From Azospirillum ramasamyi (GTDB lineage: Bacteria; Pseudomonadota; Alphaproteobacteria; Azospirillales; Azospirillaceae), in assembly GCF_003233655.1 (NCBI RefSeq), contig NZ_CP029829.1, positions 544,978-568,977 on the forward strand: a stretch of DNA of 24,000 nt, read 5' to 3'. Positions within the stretch are counted from its first letter, which is position 1. Each line of letters opens with the position of its first letter. Shown piece by piece: positions 17,643 through 24,000 of this stretch. The notes beneath the pieces were generated by a model. That model did no database searches. It saw only the letters and a program-made list of their open reading frames with translations, and was not told where the DNA came from. The translations under genes and the position numbers were made by a program.

Positions 17643-18475
17643 ACCGAAACCAGTTCGGCCGTCAGCCGGCCGCTGAAGGCGACCGCCACCGGGCCGGTCA
17701 TCAGAACGCGGTCGTCCCCGGTCCATTCGATGGTCAGGGTGCCGCCGTCCAGCAGGATGTCGGCCTTGCGCCCGGTCAGGCCGCGGCGGGCCGCCGCCAC
17801 CAGCGTGGCGCAGGCGCCGGTGCCGCAGGCCTGGGTGATGCCGGCGCCGCGTTCCCACACCCGCATGCGGATGGCGGTGGGCGACAGGACCTGCGCGAAC
17901 TCGATGTTGGAGCGCTCGGGAAAGCTCGGGTGGTTCTCGAACACCGGACCGACCTCGGCCAGCGGCACCGCTTCGGCATCGTCGACGAAGAAGACGGCGT
18001 GCGGGTTGCCCATGTTGACCGCGACCGGTCCCGCGAAGCCGCCATGCTCCACCGATTCGACCCGCAGCGTGTCGGTGGGGGCGGCCAGCGGAATGGCGCT
18101 CCAGTCCAGCCGGGGCGGACCCATGTCCACGGTGATGCGGCCGTTGTCGGCGCGGGAGGCGTGCAGCAGCCCGGCGGCGGTCTGGAAGCTGGCGCGGTCG
18201 CGCCCGCTCTCCTCCATCAGCAGCCAGCCGACGCAGCGCGATGCATTGCCGCAGGCCGCGGCCTCGCTGCCGTCGGCGTTGTGGATCCGCATGAAGGCGT
18301 CGGCCCCCGGCGCCTCGGTCCGCTCCAGGATGATGAACTGGTCGCAGCCCACGCCGGTCTTGCGGTCGGCGATGGCGCGCACCTCCGCGCCCGAGGGGCG
18401 GTAGGGTTCGGAACGGGCGTCGATCACGACGAAGTCGTTGCCGAGGCCGTGCATCTTCAGGAATTCGCGGGTCAT
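17639..18475 (-). CDS. dapF: Diaminopimelate epimerase
   Basis: MHGLGNDFVVID, with catalytic Cys contexts AAACGNASRC and TQACGTGACA. The stop TGA overlaps the mtaB ATG (ATGA). Confidence 0.93.
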   Translation of the reverse strand: MTREFLKMHGLGNDFVVIDARSEPYRPSGAEVRAIADRKTGVGCDQFIILERTEAPGADAFMRIHNADGSEAAACGNASRCVGWLLMEESGRDRASFQTAAGLLHASRADNGRITVDMGPPRLDWSAIPLAAPTDTLRVESVEHGGFAGPVAVNMGNPHAVFFVDDAEAVPLAEVGPVFENHPSFPERSNIEFAQVLSPTAIRMRVWERGAGITQACGTGACATLVAAARRGLTGRKADILLDGGTLTIEWTGDDRVLMTGPVAVAFSGRLTAELVSV

Positions 18476-18566
18476 GGCCGCCGTTATATGGCGACCCGTG
18501 CGAATAAGTCCATAAGGCGCCGCGCAAGGCAGATTCGCGGGCTCGGTCGAATGGCCGGGCCTCCCG

Positions 18567-18998
18567 TCACGCCCCCTTGAACACCAGATGCTTCGACGCC
18601 GCGAAGTTGAAGAACATGCCGGCGATGGAACCGGCGGCCACCGCCAGGAACGGAAGCTCGGCGACCGTCTGCACGCCCGATTCCAGCCCGACCGACATGG
18701 CGTAATTCACCACGCCGCCGAAGGCGTTGGCGGCGATGAACTTGGCCCATTGGCGATGCAGCGGCTCGTCCGCCGCGCCGCGGAAGGTGAAGGCGCGGTT
18801 GAGCGCCCAGGTCGCCGTCGCCGCGGCGAAGAAGGACGGAATGCGGGCGGCGAAGAACTCCAGCCCCAGCGCCAGCCCGCCATAGAGCACGGCGGTGTCC
18901 ACCAGCAGGCCGATGACGCCGACCGCGCCGAACTTGGCGAACTGCACCCCCAGCCGTCCCAGCCGGTTGTCCAGCAGAGTGGCGACCGGCCCGCTCAC
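18567..18998 (-). CDS. GtrA-family small membrane protein (polyprenyl-phosphate-sugar flippase-like)
   Basis: About 143 aa from GTG 18998, which overlaps the upstream stop as GTGA. It has four hydrophobic segments. FAKFGAVGVIGLLVDTAVLY and FFNFAASKHLVF fit the GtrA-like pattern. The remainder of the 362-aa track ORF is the glycosyltransferase gene read out of frame. Confidence 0.72.
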   Translation of the reverse strand: MSGPVATLLDNRLGRLGVQFAKFGAVGVIGLLVDTAVLYGGLALGLEFFAARIPSFFAAATATWALNRAFTFRGAADEPLHRQWAKFIAANAFGGVVNYAMSVGLESGVQTVAELPFLAVAAGSIAGMFFNFAASKHLVFKGA

Positions 18999-20050
18999 CG
19001 GCGGCTTTCCGCCCGGTCGACGGCCAGCGGCGGGTGGTTGCCCGGCGCGCGCAGAGACAGGTAATGCATGCGCTTGGCCTCGCGGCGGCCATGGGTGACG
19101 GTGTCCAGGATCAGCCCGCAGGCCAGGCTGAGGAAGGCCATCAGCATCAGCCCGGTCGCCAGCACCGCGGTGGGGACGCGCGGAACCAGTCCGGTCGCGA
19201 AATAGGTCATGATCACCGGTACGCCGAGGATCACCGACAGCAGGGCCAGCAAGCCGAACAGCCCGGAGAAGAAGGGCAGCGGCCGCTCCTCCTTCACCAG
19301 CATGATGATGGCGCGCAGGATGCGGATGCCGTCGCGGATGGTGTTCAGCTTGCTGTGCGACCCGGGCGGCCGGTCCTTGTAGGGGGTCTTCACCTCGGCG
19401 ATCGGCATGCGCAGCTCCAGCGCATGGACGGTCAGCTCCGTTTCGGTCTCGAAACCGCTGGCCAGCGCCGGGAAGGACTTCACGAAGCGGCGGGAGAACA
19501 CCCGGTAGCCCGACAGCATGTCGCCGATGCGGCTGCCGAAGATCTTGGCGACCATGCCGGTCAGCACGAGGTTGCCGAATCGGTGGCCGGGGCGGTAGGC
19601 GGCGACGATGTCGGTCACCCGCGCGCCGTTGACCATGTCCAGCTGGTCGTCCCACAGTCGCTTGACCAGCTGCGGCGCGCTGGCGGCGTGATAGGTGTCG
19701 TCGCCGTCGACCAGCACATACACGTCCGCTTCGATGTCGGCGAACATGCGGCGCATGACGTTGCCCTTGCCCTGCAGCGGCTCGTGCCGGACCACCGCCC
19801 CCGCCGCACGCGCGACCTCGACCGTCCGGTCCTGGGAGTTGTTGTCGTAGACATAGACCGTCGCCTCCGGCAAGGCGGCGCGGAAATCCTGCACCACCTT
19901 GCCGATCGCCGCCTCTTCGTTATAGCAGGGGATCAGCACCGCGATGGTCGGAGCCGGAGCGGCGTCCGTGTCGGCCCGCGCCGTTCCCAAAGGGGCGGTG
20001 CCGGCGGTGCCGGCGGTGGAAGCGGCGCGGTCGATGGTTGATACGGTCAT
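18995..20050 (-). CDS. Family 2 glycosyltransferase with C-terminal membrane anchor (GtrB/ArnC/Dpm1-like polyprenyl-phosphate glycosyltransferase)
   Basis: IAVLIPCYNEEAAIGKVV, YVYDNNSQDRT and YVLVDGDDTY (DxD) form a GT-A domain. It is followed by two hydrophobic helices, PFFSGLFGLLALLSVILGVPVIM and VLATGLMLMAFLSLACGLIL. Start set at ATG 20050; the SD is weak. Confidence 0.85.
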   Translation of the reverse strand: MTVSTIDRAASTAGTAGTAPLGTARADTDAAPAPTIAVLIPCYNEEAAIGKVVQDFRAALPEATVYVYDNNSQDRTVEVARAAGAVVRHEPLQGKGNVMRRMFADIEADVYVLVDGDDTYHAASAPQLVKRLWDDQLDMVNGARVTDIVAAYRPGHRFGNLVLTGMVAKIFGSRIGDMLSGYRVFSRRFVKSFPALASGFETETELTVHALELRMPIAEVKTPYKDRPPGSHSKLNTIRDGIRILRAIIMLVKEERPLPFFSGLFGLLALLSVILGVPVIMTYFATGLVPRVPTAVLATGLMLMAFLSLACGLILDTVTHGRREAKRMHYLSLRAPGNHPPLAVDRAESRR

Positions 20051-20140
20051 GGCGCTGGCTTTATGGCTCGAAAAGGGCGGATGGGCGGTTACTGGCGATA
20101 AACAGCACAAACCCGCCGATTATTCCACTATCTCCCGAAT

Positions 20141-21748
20141 TCAGGGCGTCCTGTCCACTGCGCAGAGGTTCAGGGTCTCGCCGAGATTGTTGGGAACCGT
20201 CCGGCAGCGCTGCGGGTCCAGCCGCAGGCCGAGCAGCGCTGCGGCCTTCGCCGCGCCGGGCGTGTCGGGGATCGTGCTCAGCATCAGGAAGGGGCCGCGG
20301 TGGGACGCCACCTTGTCCTTCAGGATGGCGAGATGGCCGTTGCCGACCGAATCCGGCTGCAGGAAGTTGGACTGGATGCGCACGAAGGTGAGGCGGGGCG
20401 GGAAGGACGGAATGACGTGCGAGATGGCCCAATACCCCGCCATCAGCACCATGGTGCCGTCGGGATCCTCGATGGGCGGCACTTCCGCCGTCACCCACTT
20501 GTCGGCCCAGGCGACGCGCCCCCAGTCGGCCGGCTGCACCGTCAGCTGCACCAGCGCCAGCAGGGCCGCGGCCAGCCCGATGCGCAGGCGGCGGGACAGC
20601 GGCAGCAGGCCGACCGCCATCACCAGCCCCAGCGGGGCCAGCATCTCCAGCGGCACCAGATAGCGGTAGATGCAGAACATCACCACCCACAGAACATAGG
20701 TGACGCTCAACGCGGTCAGCAGGAAGAGCGTCACCGGCCGCTCGGTCAGCCACTCGTTGCGCCGGTGCAACGACCATCCGATCAGCGCGCCGACGGCTCC
20801 CGCCGGCACCAGAACGAACAGCGCCAGAACCCGCATGTCGAAGAAGGGAACTTCGCCCACCGTCAGGGGGGAGAAGGTGAAGACGAAGGGGAAGAACAGC
20901 CGCTGCCACGGTTCTGGCGGGAAGAAGCTGACATTGACGTAGTCGGATATCGCGGCGAAGGGCGATTTGAAGATGTGGTTCATGTGCGGGAAGACCGGGT
21001 TCCCGTAATCGTGCCACAGATGGGCCATCCACACGCCGCCGCCCAGGACCAATCCCACAAGCACCCCGATGCCGAAGAAGAAGGCAAGCCACAGGCGCCG
21101 CCACGGCCGGGCGGGCAGGGCGAGGAAAGCCAGGCACAGCCCGACCGCATAGATCACCGTCGGGTTCTTCAGCCCCATCGCCACCCCGGCCAGCAGGCCG
21201 GCCGCCGCCACCCGTGCGAAGCTCGGCAGCGGCCGTCCGTCCAGGATGCCGGGCAGGCCGCCGGCGATGACGGCGAGCGCACCCAGCACGCCCAGGCTGA
21301 GCACATTGTCCTGGAAGGTGGTGCCGATCAGCCCCAGCGCCCCGCCGCCCAGCCCCCCCATCACCGCAAGCGCCATGGCGATCAGGCTTCGTTGCAGTGC
21401 CGGACCGTTCCGGAAGCAGGACGATGCCACCAGATACAGCAGAGACAGGTTGAGCCCCTGCAGCGTTCCCCACAGGAATCCCGCCGCCCGCGCCGGCAGA
21501 TGGGTCGCCAGCCAATAGAAGGGCACGTCCAGGAAGGGGCTGTAGAAGGTCGGCATCTGCGCCGGCAGCAGGTCGCGTCCGATCCGCCCGTTCAGCAGCG
21601 CATAGGCGTTGTACCAATGGTAGTTCCGCAGATCCCAGTTTGCGTCCATGCCGAAGGCCAGCGTCAGCAGCCCGTAGGCGACCGGAGCCAGCAGCAGGAA
21701 GGCACGGCCGGTCAGGCGGGCACGGCGGTCGTCGTCAATGGTCGGCAT
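20141..21748 (-). CDS. Polytopic membrane protein, probable GT-C-fold glycosyltransferase; subfamily not assignable by eye
   Basis: 535 aa with roughly a dozen hydrophobic segments. Acidic and aromatic residues lie in the first extracytoplasmic loop ([22 protein letters not shown]), as in GT-C enzymes. There is a C-terminal soluble domain of about 110 aa with two Cys. The gene lies directly upstream of the GT2 and GtrA genes. Confidence 0.7.
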   Translation of the reverse strand: MPTIDDDRRARLTGRAFLLLAPVAYGLLTLAFGMDANWDLRNYHWYNAYALLNGRIGRDLLPAQMPTFYSPFLDVPFYWLATHLPARAAGFLWGTLQGLNLSLLYLVASSCFRNGPALQRSLIAMALAVMGGLGGGALGLIGTTFQDNVLSLGVLGALAVIAGGLPGILDGRPLPSFARVAAAGLLAGVAMGLKNPTVIYAVGLCLAFLALPARPWRRLWLAFFFGIGVLVGLVLGGGVWMAHLWHDYGNPVFPHMNHIFKSPFAAISDYVNVSFFPPEPWQRLFFPFVFTFSPLTVGEVPFFDMRVLALFVLVPAGAVGALIGWSLHRRNEWLTERPVTLFLLTALSVTYVLWVVMFCIYRYLVPLEMLAPLGLVMAVGLLPLSRRLRIGLAAALLALVQLTVQPADWGRVAWADKWVTAEVPPIEDPDGTMVLMAGYWAISHVIPSFPPRLTFVRIQSNFLQPDSVGNGHLAILKDKVASHRGPFLMLSTIPDTPGAAKAAALLGLRLDPQRCRTVPNNLGETLNLCAVDRTP

Positions 21749-21817
21749 CGGGTCGGGCGGCCTTCTTCGATCTCGATCAACTGGCTGGGGGCATCCGGCC
21801 GGAGCATGGCGGCTTGG

Positions 21818-21859
21818 TCAAACGATTTGGGCCAAACGATTTGGGCCAAACGATTTGGT
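21818..21859. repeat. Three tandem 14-bp units, each containing the palindrome CCAAA-CGA-TTTGG
   Basis: TCAAACGATTTGGG, CCAAACGATTTGGG and CCAAACGATTTGGT, read directly. The array lies 70-110 bp upstream of the GT-C gene start. Confidence 0.9.
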
Positions 21860-21896
21860 AGGCGGTCGCCAAGCCCGCCGCAAGGGGCGCGGCGGA

Positions 21897-22100
21897 TCAG
21901 CCTGCCAAGTTCGAGGAGTCCTGCGAGGGTGCCTGCGCCGGGAATTCCAGCCGCCGCAGCCGGTCGGCCAGCTGACGTTCGGCCAGTTGCCGTTCGATGA
22001 ACAGCAGCGGCACCAGGGCTATTCCCAGCCCGTCCTCCGCCGCCTGGATGGCGACAGAGGTGTGATCGACGTTCAGCGCGGTTGCGCAGCCGTTGACTTT
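21897..22100 (-). pseudogene. C-terminal remnant of a LysR-type transcriptional regulator
   Basis: [41 protein letters not shown] resembles the C-terminal effector-domain segment of LysR/GcvA-type regulators. No helix-turn-helix or the other roughly 230 aa are present. Upstream codons lose GC3 bias, and an intact gene would overlap the MFS gene. Confidence 0.45.
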
Positions 22101-22191
22101 TCTCACGGGCATCCGTTGACTTGTCTCAACAATCATCGCCGAACAAATCATTTTTCCCGGCGCCGTCCGGCCGCTACCCTGGTACCGGCCG

Positions 22192-23439
22192 ATGTGGGGA
22201 ACGGGGTGGCGGGGCGTGGACGGAAAGAGCGGACCGGCGGTGCCGGCGCGGGTGGTGTGGGCGCTGGGCATGTCGCAGCTGGTCTGCTGGGGTGTGTCCT
22301 ACTACCTCGTCGGCCTGTTCGGAGAGGCCATGGCCGCCGATCTTGGGCAGGGATTGCCGGCGATCTATGGCGGCTTCACCCTGGCGCTGGTGGTGATGGG
22401 GCTGGTGTCCTCCGCCGTCGGCCGCGCCATCGACCGGCGGGGCGGCCGGGTGGTGATGGTCGCCGGCTCCCTCCTGATGGCGGCCGGCTGCGTCGGGCTG
22501 GCGCTGGCGCACGGGCTGGTCGTCTATTACGCCTCCTGGGTGCTGCTCGGCCTCGCCATGCGGATGGCGCTGTACGACGCGGCCTTCGCCGCGCTGGCCC
22601 GCATCGGCGGACGGGCGGCGCGCAGGCCGATCTCGCAGATCACGCTGCTCGGCGGGCTTGCCTCCAGCGTGATGTGGCTGGTCGGGCAGTCCGTGGCGGA
22701 GGGGCTGGGCTGGCGCGGCGCGCTCCTCATCTATGCGCTGCTGGCGCTCGCGACGGTGCCGCTGCATCTGCTGATCCCGTCCGACCGCTTCGTGGAGCCG
22801 GTGCCGGAGCCCGTTCCCGCAGTTCAGGCGTCCGCAGTTCAGGCGTCCGCCGCGCCGGCCGCCCCGCCGCCGTCGGCCCTGGCGGTGGTTCTCTACGCGT
22901 TGATCATTGCGCTGACGGGGATGCTGAACTCCGGCCTTTCGGCCCATATGATCGGCATGCTGGCGGGGCTGGGAATGGCGCCGGCGCTGGCGGTGTGGGT
23001 GTCCACCCTGCGCGGCGTCGGACAGTCGGCGGCGCGGCTGGCGGAGATCCGGTTCGGCAGGCGGCTGTCCGCCTTCGGCCTCGCCATCCTGGCGACCGGG
23101 CTGACCGTGCCCTGTTTCCTGTTCCCGGTGGCCTTCGGCGCGGCCCCCGCCGCCGGCATCGCCTTCGCCCTGCTGTTCGGGGCGGGAAACGGACTGGTCA
23201 CCATCGTGCGCGGCGCCCTGCCGCTGGTCCTGTTCGATCCCGCCCGCTACGGCCAGACCGTCGGGCGCCTGATCACCCCCGGATTCTTCGTCTCGGCCCT
23301 CGCCCCGCTGGTCTACGCGCTGGTGATCGAGCGGTTCGGCGACGCGGCGGCGCTGTGGCTGTCCTTCCTTCTGGCGGCGGGCGCGCTGGTGGCGGCGCTG
23401 GTTCTGGCGCTGCGTTTCGGCACCCGCAACCGGGCCTGA
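22192..23439 (+). CDS. MFS transporter, substrate unknown
   Basis: About 12 hydrophobic segments and an MFS motif-A-like [10 protein letters not shown] after TM2. The start is uncertain (ATG 22192 lacks an SD, and in-frame GTGs lie nearby). Confidence 0.8.
   Translation: MWGTGWRGVDGKSGPAVPARVVWALGMSQLVCWGVSYYLVGLFGEAMAADLGQGLPAIYGGFTLALVVMGLVSSAVGRAIDRRGGRVVMVAGSLLMAAGCVGLALAHGLVVYYASWVLLGLAMRMALYDAAFAALARIGGRAARRPISQITLLGGLASSVMWLVGQSVAEGLGWRGALLIYALLALATVPLHLLIPSDRFVEPVPEPVPAVQASAVQASAAPAAPPPSALAVVLYALIIALTGMLNSGLSAHMIGMLAGLGMAPALAVWVSTLRGVGQSAARLAEIRFGRRLSAFGLAILATGLTVPCFLFPVAFGAAPAAGIAFALLFGAGNGLVTIVRGALPLVLFDPARYGQTVGRLITPGFFVSALAPLVYALVIERFGDAAALWLSFLLAAGALVAALVLALRFGTRNRA
22819..22848. 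repeat. Perfect 15-bp tandem duplication (GCAGTTCAGGCGTCC x2) inside the MFS gene
   Basis: Read directly. It is in frame and encodes [10 protein letters not shown] in the Pro/Ala-rich central loop. Confidence 0.9.
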
Positions 23440-23621
23440 CCGGGTCGAACAGAGTGCAATCACGCAATAAAAATGCGCGCCGGTGCATTCGCGCATGCCT
23501 GTTCGCTCATTGCGTGCCGGGAAAAGGGCAAGCTTCCTCTGGCAATGGCTTGTTTGGTCTGCTATTCACCACGCTCTGCATGCGCACGCTTGCGCCTTCT
23601 TGCGCGACAGGATTTCTGGCG

Positions 23622-24000
23622 ATGGAAAAGTTCACGGTTCTCACCGGCGTTGCGGCGCCGCTGCCGATGATCAACGTCGATACCGACATGATCATCCCGA
23701 AGCAGTTCCTGAAGACCATCAAGCGGACGGGGCTGGGCAAGCATCTGTTCGACGAGATGCGTTACACCCCGGACGGGCAGGAGATCCCGGACTTCGTCCT
23801 CAACAAGCCGGCCTACCGCAAGGCCAGCATCCTGGTGTCCGGCGACAATTTCGGCTGCGGCTCCTCGCGCGAGCATGCGCCGTGGGCGCTGGCCGATTTC
23901 GGCATCCGCTGCATCATCGCCCCCAGCTTCGCCGACATCTTCTACAACAACTGTTTCAAGAACGGCATCCTGCCGATCAAGTTGCCGAAGGAGCAGGTCG
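23622..24000 (+). CDS. leuD: 3-isopropylmalate dehydratase small subunit, 5' part; runs off the right edge
   Basis: Manual translation from ATG 23622 gives [48 protein letters not shown]...[17 protein letters not shown]...[20 protein letters not shown], a classic LeuD sequence. It is absent from the ORF track because no stop lies within the window. Confidence 0.9.
   Translation, partial: MEKFTVLTGVAAPLPMINVDTDMIIPKQFLKTIKRTGLGKHLFDEMRYTPDGQEIPDFVLNKPAYRKASILVSGDNFGCGSSREHAPWALADFGIRCIIAPSFADIFYNNCFKNGILPIKLPKEQV

Noticed and set aside
16371-18527. 718-aa reverse ORF that looks like a large fusion protein
   Set aside because: Only the C-terminal 423 aa (from ATG 17642) are MtaB-like. The N-terminal part is a frame-shifted read across dapF, which is encoded in its own frame (17639-18475).
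21640-21861. 73-aa forward ORF spanning the palindromic tandem repeat
   Set aside because: It overlaps the GT-C gene start on the opposite strand and has no SD. The repeat-encoded peptide (NDLGQT...) looks incidental.
19034-23496. Other long ORFs opposite or out of frame with the glycosylation genes and the MFS gene (19034-20041+, 20300-22000+, 20061-21617-, 22174-23496-)
   Set aside because: They have shadow or alternate-frame composition (Arg/Gly/Pro/His-rich). The chosen frames show membrane-protein or GT2 motifs.
23473-23496. Inverted repeat ATGCGCG-N10-CGCGCAT downstream of the MFS gene
   Set aside because: The 7-bp stem is followed by GCCTGTT rather than a U-run. It may be a weak terminator or a binding site, but neither is supportable from sequence alone.

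Overview
High-GC alphaproteobacterial chromosome segment. The gene content and the NifH sequence look Azospirillum-like, but that is inference, since no search was possible. Left third, reverse strand: a nitrogenase cluster, nifH-nifD-nifK, an intrinsic terminator, then nifE-nifN-nifX (nifX runs off the left edge). Both units have recognisable sigma54 (-24/-12) promoters with upstream NifA-type TGT-N10-ACA sites. An uncharacterised 437-aa gene lies upstream of nifH on the same strand. The forward-strand draT-draG operon (reversible ADP-ribosylation of NifH) diverges from it and is tightly followed by an ArsC/Spx-like nitrogenase-associated gene. Further forward-strand genes are a YafJ-type glutamine amidotransferase and azoR. 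A reverse-strand housekeeping block follows: amn, ftsY, mtaB-like, dapF. After it comes a reverse-strand three-gene Gtr-like module (GT-C membrane glycosyltransferase, polyprenyl-phosphate GT2, GtrA flippase-like protein). Upstream of that module is a triple palindromic tandem repeat. Next are a LysR C-terminal remnant, an MFS transporter and the 5' end of leuD, which is open at the right edge and so is missing from the ORF track. No tRNA or rRNA genes, CRISPR arrays, transposases or integrases were seen. The best candidates for something undescribed are the 437-aa gene between nifH and draT, the Gtr-like module with its repeat array, and the ArsC-like gene coupled to draG. Most long ORFs in the track that lie antisense to these genes are high-GC shadow frames. 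All calls come from reading the sequence and from remembered family motifs.
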